A stretch of 63,329 nucleotides of DNA from an uncultured Clostridia bacterium (GTDB taxonomy: Bacteria > Bacillota > Clostridia > TANB77 > CAG-508): the NCBI GenBank assembly GCA_944388735.1, contig CALXJX010000005.1, positions 1 to 63,329 of the forward strand. The letters are read 5' to 3'. Position numbers and translations under genes: made by a program. This document shows, one piece after another, positions 30,339-38,194 of the stretch; within the stretch, counting starts at the first letter, position 1; each line of letters begins with the position of its first letter. The notes below the pieces were generated by a model. That model had not been told where the DNA came from, made no database searches, and worked only from the letters and a program-made list of their open reading frames with translations.

Positions 30339-31220
30339 TTAATCTTTTTTATATATTTCTTTTAAAATATTATAAACTGTATCTTTAATAAATTCAGCTG
30401 TTGTAACTGGTGCTACTTTTCCAGGTAGAGCTAATGCCCAAATCAATTTTAGATTTTTTTCTTTAGCAACTTTTTTGTCTATTCCACCAGGATTAGAAGC
30501 TAAATCTATTAATAATGCCTCATCTTTTACATATTCTAACTTCTCTTTATCTAATATAATATGTGGAACTGTATTAATAATAATATCATATTCTGATAAG
30601 TTCTCTCCTAAAGCATTAATATTTGTAGCATTATGTCCATAAGCCCTTATCCACGCTAAATCCTCATCTTTTCTAGCTGCACATGTTACTCTAGCAGATA
30701 ATCCAGCCATTTTTCTTGCTAATACTTTCCCTATTCTTCCAAAACCTAAAATTAATACCTTACTTCCATGAATTATTTTATTAGTATTTGAAATCGCTAT
30801 TTCTATAGCCCCTTCTGCTGTTGATATAGTATTTAAAACTGCTAATTCTTCTCTCTTCATAATGTCAATTATCTCAATATATTCATCGTTTGCCAGATCA
30901 TAAACATCTGGCGTTATAGTTCCTGCAATTAAAATTTTCGCATTGAGCTCGTGCATCAATTCTCTAATTGAAATTACTTGGTCACTAAATGGTGTATTTA
31001 TTTCCTTTCCATTGCTAGAGAATGGTATAGGACCAATCACTACTTCAGATTGTTTTACAGTTTGGCTCAATTTATCGCAAAAAGTTACATTTTCACAATT
31101 TTTTAACTCTTCTGCTTTTTCTAGTCCATAAGTATATACCTTATTTCCTTCTTTTGCAAGAATATTTGCTAATTTTATAATTCTTAAATCTCCGCCAATT
31201 ATAGCAAAATTTGTACTCAT
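30339..31220 (-). CDS. dpaA: Dipicolinate synthase subunit A
   Basis: Collinear similarity to SpoVFA: IIGGDLR, NTISTAEGAI, HGSKVLILGFGRIGK, LASNPGG, ALPGKVAP. The ATG at 31220 is preferred over the TTG at 31229. Confidence 0.8.
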   Translation of the reverse strand: MSTNFAIIGGDLRIIKLANILAKEGNKVYTYGLEKAEELKNCENVTFCDKLSQTVKQSEVVIGPIPFSSNGKEINTPFSDQVISIRELMHELNAKILIAGTITPDVYDLANDEYIEIIDIMKREELAVLNTISTAEGAIEIAISNTNKIIHGSKVLILGFGRIGKVLARKMAGLSARVTCAARKDEDLAWIRAYGHNATNINALGENLSEYDIIINTVPHIILDKEKLEYVKDEALLIDLASNPGGIDKKVAKEKNLKLIWALALPGKVAPVTTAEFIKDTVYNILKEIYKKD

Positions 31221-31328
31221 AAAATTCAATTCCTTTCTAATTTTATTTAAATTTTACGCAAGTAAAATCGTATATAGTTTCTATAAATTTATTATATTGA
31301 ATTTTCAGAATTTTATGAGTTTTTTTAT

Positions 31329-32606
31329 TTATTCTTGTATTTCTTTTTGATTTTGTTCTTCCTTTTCATTTATTTGTTCTTCTTTAGATTTTCCTTTTAG
31401 ATTTCTTTTTAATAAGTTTATATCATTGTAACTTAAGTTTCTTGTTATTTCAACCATTTCTTCCAAATGCTCTTTAGCATTTATTTCTTTAGTTTGTAAC
31501 TTTTTATTATTTGATTTTCCTTGTTTATCACTGTTTTCATCATGTTCATCTATTTCTTTATTTTCTAAATTAAATGGTATCGAAATTTTCCCCATAATTG
31601 GAATAAATATAGGATCTCTTTTTACTTTCTCAACAATTTTTTTATGATTGATATCAATTGCAGTAGTTATATATTGTATAGCTGTATCTTTTTCACCTTT
31701 TATCAAATTAATTTTTGCCAGTTCAAAATATGCATCTGCTGATAGCTCATCTTCTTCTATCGCCTCAATAAATCGTCTTTCTGCTTCTTCTAAATCTTTA
31801 TATATTAAAGCTATCTCCGCTAATGAATATTTAGCATTATATAAAAGAGCATTAATTTCTGCTGCCTTTTCATAGCATATCTTCGCATTTTGAAAATCAT
31901 TTAACATTGTATATGCTATACCTAAATTATAGTGCAATTCATAACTTGTTGGATTATGTTTTAAAGCTTCTTGATATACATTCACAGCTTCTTTATACAT
32001 TTCTTTTTCTATTAAAATATCTCCTAATAATTGTGTTGCTTCAAGCATTTCTGGCTTTTTATTAATAAGTGCAAAAAGCATCTCTATTGCTTCGTCTTTT
32101 TTATCTAAATTATTTAACAAACCAGCAACTTTATAATACGAATCATAGTCTTTTTTGTTAATGTCAATAGCTTGTACATATTCATCTATTGATTTTCTCA
32201 TTCCACCTTCTTTTTCATATAACTCTGCTAATAATTTATGCCCTTTATAACTTTCTGGAACTTTTGTTACTAAATTAATTAAATATTGCTTTGCTTTTTT
32301 ATCATTTTCAATCATTATAAAAAATTTCGCCATAAATAAATTTGTAAATTCAAGTAGTAAAAATCCCTTATATTCCATAATAATTACTATTAAAGGTAAA
32401 ATTATTGAAAACACATATTTTAAAAATAAAAATACTATATTTAATTTTATATTAAATAATACTTCTACAAAATTTATTGCAATTCCTACTGCTTCTATTA
32501 TTAATAAGATAATATAACTTGTATCATTGTTTTTTATCATTTTGAAGAACATATATACAAATATTGCAAGAGCTATTACTGTAAATATAAGTTGTTCTAT
32601 TATCAT
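31329..32606 (-). CDS. Membrane-anchored TPR-repeat protein
   Basis: Several N-terminal TM helices followed by multiple TPR-like repeats (..YYKVAGLL.., ..AVNVYQEALKHNP.., ..NAKICYEKAAEIN..). Confidence 0.65.
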   Translation of the reverse strand: MIIEQLIFTVIALAIFVYMFFKMIKNNDTSYIILLIIEAVGIAINFVEVLFNIKLNIVFLFLKYVFSIILPLIVIIMEYKGFLLLEFTNLFMAKFFIMIENDKKAKQYLINLVTKVPESYKGHKLLAELYEKEGGMRKSIDEYVQAIDINKKDYDSYYKVAGLLNNLDKKDEAIEMLFALINKKPEMLEATQLLGDILIEKEMYKEAVNVYQEALKHNPTSYELHYNLGIAYTMLNDFQNAKICYEKAAEINALLYNAKYSLAEIALIYKDLEEAERRFIEAIEEDELSADAYFELAKINLIKGEKDTAIQYITTAIDINHKKIVEKVKRDPIFIPIMGKISIPFNLENKEIDEHDENSDKQGKSNNKKLQTKEINAKEHLEEMVEITRNLSYNDINLLKRNLKGKSKEEQINEKEEQNQKEIQE

Positions 32607-32624
32607 TTTTTCCTCCTTTTATTA

Positions 32625-32687
32625 TTGCCACCCGGGACGGGTTCATTTGGCAATTTTTTGCCACCTGGGACAGGTTCGTTTGCCACA
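32625..32687 (-). repeat. Two tandem G+C-rich hairpin units (family 3)
   Basis: TTGCCACCCGGGACGGGTTCATTTGGCAA (32625-32653) and TTTGCCACCTGGGACAGGTTCGTTTGCCACA (32659-32687). A third unit in the opposite orientation lies at 34534-34568. Confidence 0.6.
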
Positions 32688-32689
32688 TA

Positions 32690-33118
32690 TTATTTTATTG
32701 CATTTCTTGCCATTTCGTCACATCTATTATTAAACTCATTATCGCTATGTCCCTTAACTTTTATAAAATTCACTTTATGTATTTTAGTAAGATTATATAG
32801 TTCTTGCCAAAGTTCTTTATTTTTTACTGATTCTTTTCCTGATGTTTTCCAATCATTTTTTAGCCAGTTATATATCCATCCTTGTTTAAATGCGTTTACT
32901 ACATAAGCACTGTCACTATATAAATCTACTTCACACGGAAATTTCAAGAGTTTTAATCCTTCAATCACAGCTGTTAATTCCATAATATTATTGGTAGTGT
33001 TTTTGCTCCCTCCTGATATTTCTTTTTTATTTCCTTTATACATTAAAATACTTCCCCATCCTCCTGGTCCAGGATTTCCTGAGCAAGCTCCATCTGTATA
33101 TATTACTACTTTTTCCAT
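32690..33118 (-). CDS. rnhA: Ribonuclease HI
   Basis: [17 protein letters not shown]..., [14 protein letters not shown] and [16 protein letters not shown] (DEDD residues). Confidence 0.9.
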   Translation of the reverse strand: MEKVVIYTDGACSGNPGPGGWGSILMYKGNKKEISGGSKNTTNNIMELTAVIEGLKLLKFPCEVDLYSDSAYVVNAFKQGWIYNWLKNDWKTSGKESVKNKELWQELYNLTKIHKVNFIKVKGHSDNEFNNRCDEMARNAIK

Positions 33119-33138
33119 AGAATTTCCTTTCTTTTATT

Positions 33139-33206
33139 CCACGGCACATTCGTCAATAACTTCAAATGATAATCCCCCAATTCGACGAAACATTACCGAA
33201 ACCTAA
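33139..33206 (-). repeat. Half copy of NPE family (inverted relative to 3151-3217)
   Basis: CCACGGCACATTCGTCAATAACTTCAAATGATAATCC... is the reverse complement of the CGAATGTGCCGTGG half-core plus arm. The partner arm is missing. Confidence 0.6.
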
Positions 33207-33295
33207 ATTACTTACTAATTGCGTTTTTCTTTTTAATATGATAATATTATATCAGTTAATTTTAATTTATACAATATTAAAGGAGAAGTTTTTTC

Positions 33296-34525
33296 ATGGG
33301 AAAAGTTTTAGGAATAGTTGCAGAATATAATCCATTTCATAATGGGCATCTCTTTCATTTAGAAGAATCAAAGAAAATCACAGGTGCTACATACACTATT
33401 GCTGTTATGAGTGGAAATTTTACTCAACGTGGAAGCACCTCTTTAATTGATAAATGGTCAAAAGCAAAATCAGCAATTGAAAATGGAATTGACTTAGTTA
33501 TAGAGCTACCTGTTTTATATTCTATATCTAGTGCTGAAAATTTTGCTGAAGGAGCTATAAAAATTTTAAATTCATTAGGAGTAGTTGATTACATATCTTT
33601 TGGTGCTGAAACTTCTAACATTGATATTTTAGAAAAAGTCGCTGATATATTATATCGCGAACCTAAGGAATTTAAAGCAATTTTATCTCATGAATTAGAA
33701 AAAGGTAATTCTTTTCCTAAAGCTAGAGAAAACGCTTTATTAATGTACTTAAATGATATTAAAACTTATTCTAATATTTTGTCTTCTCCTAATAATATAT
33801 TAGGAATTGAATATTTGAAAGCTTTGAAAAAATACAAAAGTTCTATTATTCCTATTTGTGTTCATAGATATGAAGCTGAATATAACGACATTTCTTATAC
33901 AGGCAATATCGCTAGTAGTACAGCTATTAGGAATATTGTAAAAAATAATGGATTAAATATTTTGGGTAATTTAATGCCTCCTCAAAGTTATTCTTCTTTA
34001 ATAGATAGTATTAAAGTCGGACATGTTGTTCCTGATATTTCTGTTTTTGAACGAGAAATTATATATAATTTGAGAAAAATGTCTTTGGCTGATATTGCAA
34101 ATTTGCCTGACGTTAATGAAGGTCTTGAAAATGCTATTAAAAATGCTACCAATTCTTGCAATAGTATTGTTGAATTTTTAAATATTATTAAGTCTAAAAG
34201 GTATACTAATACTAGAATTCAAAGGATTTTATTGTATTCTTTACTTGGTATTACGAAAAAAGATATGCAGATCTCCAAGAAAGTAAGTCCCTACATAAGA
34301 GTTTTAGGCTTTAATGAACGAGGAAAGTTTATCGTTTCTGAAGTTGCTAAGGCAAATCCTTCTCTTCCTATTATTACTTCTGTTAAGAGATTTGTTGATA
34401 ATAATAAAAATAAAAATTTAAATATCCTTCTTGAGAAGGATATTTGGGCTACTAATGTTTATACTATTGGTTATGAGTATGATTCTTGGAATAATTTAGA
34501 TTTTACTCATAAGTTGATTTGCTAA
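33296..34525 (+). CDS. tmcAL: tRNA(Met) cytidine acetate ligase TmcAL (YlbM/UPF0348 nucleotidyltransferase)
   Basis: N-terminus LGIVAEYNPFHNGHLFHL. 409 aa. Confidence 0.8.
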   Translation: MGKVLGIVAEYNPFHNGHLFHLEESKKITGATYTIAVMSGNFTQRGSTSLIDKWSKAKSAIENGIDLVIELPVLYSISSAENFAEGAIKILNSLGVVDYISFGAETSNIDILEKVADILYREPKEFKAILSHELEKGNSFPKARENALLMYLNDIKTYSNILSSPNNILGIEYLKALKKYKSSIIPICVHRYEAEYNDISYTGNIASSTAIRNIVKNNGLNILGNLMPPQSYSSLIDSIKVGHVVPDISVFEREIIYNLRKMSLADIANLPDVNEGLENAIKNATNSCNSIVEFLNIIKSKRYTNTRIQRILLYSLLGITKKDMQISKKVSPYIRVLGFNERGKFIVSEVAKANPSLPIITSVKRFVDNNKNKNLNILLEKDIWATNVYTIGYEYDSWNNLDFTHKLIC

Positions 34526-34533
34526 AAAGTGCA

Positions 34534-34568
34534 ATTGTGCCAAATGAACACGTCCCCAATGGCACAAT
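34534..34568 (+). repeat. G+C-rich hairpin unit (family 3) between convergent genes
   Basis: ATTGTGCCA-AATGAACACGTCCCCAA-TGGCACAAT. The loop is homologous to the 32625-32687 units. Confidence 0.55.
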
Positions 34569-37135
34569 TATTTTGTTATCCATTTAACTAAATTCAAATT
34601 AGCTGGTTCAAGTAGCATTTCGTGTCTAGGCATAACTCTAAATGTATAACCATAATTTCCACCTGTTGTCAACTCTATTTTCGTTGTAAAATAGTATTTT
34701 CTATTTTCCTCATCTGCTTCTGTTAATTTCATTGGGATAATTTTAACATCTTCCACAACCCCGTTATCTAATATTTTCCCATAGTATGCCTCAACAGTCA
34801 CATTATTTACATCAACATTTGGTAGTTCTACTTCGCATCCTACTTCAATATTATTTCCGGCATCAATTGTAATGTTATCTAAGTTATTTACTTGATTTAT
34901 TTTAATGTCTTTCCAATTCATATATAAATCTTTTTTCCAAGAATTATATTGTGCAACTTCTTCTATATCTTCATAATATTTTTTAGTCAATTGGCATAAT
35001 GGCATATATAGCTTCTCTGTATAATCTACCAACATTCTAGCTGTACTATATTTTCCACCTGTTGTCACGATTGAATTTTTCATTAATTCTAGCCATTTTT
35101 CTGAGATACCATTTTTATTTTTATCATAATATGTTGGTATGATTTTTTCTTCTAATGTACGATACATACTTTGGCTATCTGCAACATCTTGTGCTTCATA
35201 AGAGTCATATTCTGCATTTGTTCCAATTGTCCATCCATTAGTTTGTGTATATCCTTCAGCCCACCAGCCATCTAGTACACTGAAATTTATTACTCCATTT
35301 ACTGATGCTTTTTGTCCACTTGTTCCTGATGCTTCCATAGGTCTTCTTGGATTATTTAACCATACATCTACACCGCTTATTAAATATCTTGACATGGCTA
35401 TATTATAGTTTTCAAGTAAAAAGATTTTTCCTTTAAATTGTGGCATCATTGATACTTCGTGAATATATTTTATTAAGTCTTGACCTTCTTTGTCAGCAGG
35501 ATGTGCTTTCCCTGCAAATATTATTTGAACTGGTCTATTTTCATTATTTAGTATTTGTGTTATTCTTTCTAAGTCTTTAAATATAAGCGTTGCTCTTTTA
35601 TATGTTGCAAATCTTCTTGCAAATCCTATAGTAAGTGCTTCTGGATTTAATTTTAAAACTATTGCATTTATTTCTTCATAGCTATATCCAGATCTTCTTA
35701 ATCTTTCCGTAGTACTATCTTTTACTAATTTAATTAATTTGATTTTTCTATCTATATGAACATTCCAAAGTTTTTCGTCTGGTATATTTCTTACTTTTTC
35801 CCAAACAGAGTCTTTGTACATATTATCTTGCCAATATGGCATCATATATTTGTTATATAGTTCTTTCATTCTTGGAGCAAGCCATGAACATGTATGAATT
35901 CCATTTGTCACATAAGTTATTGGTGATTCATTTGCTGCGATTTGTGGCCATACATCTCCGAAAAGTTCTCTTGAGACTGCTCCATGAAGTTTACTAACTC
36001 CATTTTTCAATCCTGCTATTTTTAATGCCAAAATTCCCATGTTAAATCCTTGGTCAAAATTTGCATTTGGTTTCATTCCTAATTGTAAAAATTCTTCTCT
36101 ACTTAATCCTAATCTTGGCCAAAATTCTTTAAAATATTTTTCTACTAATGCAACAGGGAAAATATCATTTCCCGCTGGAACTGGTGTATGTGTTGTAAAT
36201 ACTGTTTTTGAACTAGCTATATCTCTTGCCATATCAAAAGACACTTGTTTTTCTTTTATTATATTTTTTATAATTTCTAATGTTAAAAATGCTGAATGCC
36301 CTTCATTCATGTGGTATACAGTAGGTTTTAATCCTAATGCTCTATTTAATAAATTAACTCCTGCCATTCCTAGGACAATTTCTTGACGGATTCTCATTTC
36401 TTGGTCTCCACCATATAGTCTTAATGTTACATCTCTATCTTCTTCATTGTTTTTTGGAATGTCTGAATCTAATAAATATAATTTTACTCTTCCTACATTT
36501 ACCTGCCATACTTTTAAATATAGCCTTCTTTTAGGGAATTTTACATATATTGTTAAGTCATCCCCTTTTTCATCTTTAACTGTATTTATTGGTAAATCAT
36601 ATAAGTCAATATTGTTATATTCTGTTTCCTGTTGCCCATATCCATTTATTTTTTGATGAAAATATCCATTTTTATATAATAGTCCTACTGCTACTAATGG
36701 GATTCCTAAATCACTTGCTGATTTTAAATGATCTCCTGATAATATTCCAAGCCCACCTGAATAAATAGGTATAGTTTCATCTAACCCATATTCTGCTGAG
36801 AAATATGCTATTAAATCATTTTTGTTTTCTGGATATTTGTTTGAAAACCAAGTATTTTTACTGTTCATGTATTTGTCAAAATTTTCTGCGATTCTATCAT
36901 ATTCTTTTAAAAATAGTATATCTTTTGACGCTTTTTCTAGTCTATCTTGTGATACTTGCTTTAAAAATTTTATTGGATTTTTGCTAGATTGCTCCCATAA
37001 GTCTCTGTCTATTTTTTGAAATAATCTTAAAAATTCTGTATTCCATGACCACCATAAATTATTTGATATTTCTGTCAATTTTTCAATTCTTTTTGGCAAT
37101 TGTGGATTGACTGTAATTCTATTAAATATATACAT
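34568..37135 (-). CDS. glgP: Alpha-glucan (glycogen/maltodextrin) phosphorylase, GT35
   Basis: 855 aa. YFSAEYG, GGLGILSGDHLKSASDLG, and a PLP-site region PMEASGTSGQKA. Confidence 0.9.
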   Translation of the reverse strand: MYIFNRITVNPQLPKRIEKLTEISNNLWWSWNTEFLRLFQKIDRDLWEQSSKNPIKFLKQVSQDRLEKASKDILFLKEYDRIAENFDKYMNSKNTWFSNKYPENKNDLIAYFSAEYGLDETIPIYSGGLGILSGDHLKSASDLGIPLVAVGLLYKNGYFHQKINGYGQQETEYNNIDLYDLPINTVKDEKGDDLTIYVKFPKRRLYLKVWQVNVGRVKLYLLDSDIPKNNEEDRDVTLRLYGGDQEMRIRQEIVLGMAGVNLLNRALGLKPTVYHMNEGHSAFLTLEIIKNIIKEKQVSFDMARDIASSKTVFTTHTPVPAGNDIFPVALVEKYFKEFWPRLGLSREEFLQLGMKPNANFDQGFNMGILALKIAGLKNGVSKLHGAVSRELFGDVWPQIAANESPITYVTNGIHTCSWLAPRMKELYNKYMMPYWQDNMYKDSVWEKVRNIPDEKLWNVHIDRKIKLIKLVKDSTTERLRRSGYSYEEINAIVLKLNPEALTIGFARRFATYKRATLIFKDLERITQILNNENRPVQIIFAGKAHPADKEGQDLIKYIHEVSMMPQFKGKIFLLENYNIAMSRYLISGVDVWLNNPRRPMEASGTSGQKASVNGVINFSVLDGWWAEGYTQTNGWTIGTNAEYDSYEAQDVADSQSMYRTLEEKIIPTYYDKNKNGISEKWLELMKNSIVTTGGKYSTARMLVDYTEKLYMPLCQLTKKYYEDIEEVAQYNSWKKDLYMNWKDIKINQVNNLDNITIDAGNNIEVGCEVELPNVDVNNVTVEAYYGKILDNGVVEDVKIIPMKLTEADEENRKYYFTTKIELTTGGNYGYTFRVMPRHEMLLEPANLNLVKWITK

Positions 37136-37248
37136 TTTGTTTTTCCTCCTTTGTATTTCATGACTTTTTCTATCGCAATTTTTATATTTATATTATCTAT
37201 TAAATATATATTTTTGTCAAATGTTTTTCGAAAAAAATTAGAAAATTC

Positions 37249-37466
37249 CGTAATAATTCAGAGGTAAAAGCTGGGATAATCATTTCTTGAGCAAGATTCG
37301 AATGTGCCGTGGAATAGATGTATAAATTCTTAGCTTAAAATAACTGAGGAAGCGTGATCAACGAGAGGCTCGGTTATTTTAAGCTTAGAATTTATAATCT
37401 ATGGAGCAAGCCGAGAAGATTGTAAAAGAAATGATTATCCCAGCTTTTACCTATGAATTATTGTAC
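37249..37466 (+). repeat. NPE, full copy
   Basis: Termini GTAATAATTCAGAGGTAAAAG.., unique arm CTGGGATAATCATTTC and its complement, and the conserved core with inner hairpin. Confidence 0.8.
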
Positions 37467-37512
37467 AAATCCATATATGACTAAGATAAAAATTGATTTT
37501 TCATATAGAAAA

Positions 37513-37545
37513 TAATAAGAAGGCTTTAGTAAAGCCCTCTTATTA
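37513..37545 (-). terminator. Hairpin downstream of the 85-aa ORF
   Basis: AATAAGAAGGCTTTA-GT-AAAGCCCTCTTATT, immediately after the stop at 37557. Confidence 0.5.
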
Positions 37546-37556
37546 TATACGGAATC

Positions 37557-37814
37557 TTAATTATCTTCGTCCTTGTTTCTAAATTTTGACTCTAATAATA
37601 TCAAGCAAAATATTGATACAGCAGCACCGATTATGCTACCTACCCACATTCCAATAATAATCGCTAATATTATTATTCCAAATTCTCCTTGGCGGGATAC
37701 TCCATAGCCAATAAGAGCTCCAATAAACGCTCCTGTTACTGCCATAACAAAGAAAATCGAAGAAGATATTTGGCTGTTATACTTTTCTAGTCTTTTGCTT
37801 TTCCGTCCCTTCAT
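37557..37814 (-). CDS. Small Gly-zipper membrane protein (85 aa), bracketed by two NPE copies; contains CGG-A at codon 4
   Basis: GGGAGG RBS 9 nt upstream. Two TM helices rich in GxxxG (GAFIGALIGYG, GMWVGSIIGAAV). Codon 4 is CGG followed by A (37802-37805). Confidence 0.5.
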   Translation of the reverse strand: MKGRKSKRLEKYNSQISSSIFFVMAVTGAFIGALIGYGVSRQGEFGIIILAIIIGMWVGSIIGAAVSIFCLILLESKFRNKDEDN

Positions 37815-37971
37815 AAAAATACCTCCCTTTATTATTAATATTTATTAATGAACTGGATTAATACCAGTAATAAAAAGGATTTTATCTGCAAATGGCTATT
37901 ACCATATTAATATAATTATATCTTATATTTACATAAACTTCAACAATTGAGCATTACTTTTTTAATAACTT

Positions 37972-38188
37972 GTAACAGTTCAGAGGTCAATAGGGAAAAA
38001 TATGATTTCTTAAGTCGGATTCGAATGTGCAGTGGAATAGATGTATAAATTCTTAGCTTAAAATGACTGAGGAAGCGTGATTAACGAGAGGCTCGGTCAT
38101 TTTAAGCTTAGAATTTATAATCTATGGAGCAAGCCGAGAAGACGAAGAAAGAAATCATATTTTTCCATATTGACCTCAGAACGGTTAT
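37972..38188 (+). repeat. NPE, full copy
   Basis: Termini GTAACAGTTCAGAGGTCAATA / TATTGACCTCAGAACGGTTAT, unique arm GGGAAAAATATGATTTC and its complement, and the conserved core. Flanked by AATAACTT (37964-37971) and AACAACTT (38189-38196). Confidence 0.8.
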
Positions 38189-38194
38189 AACAAC

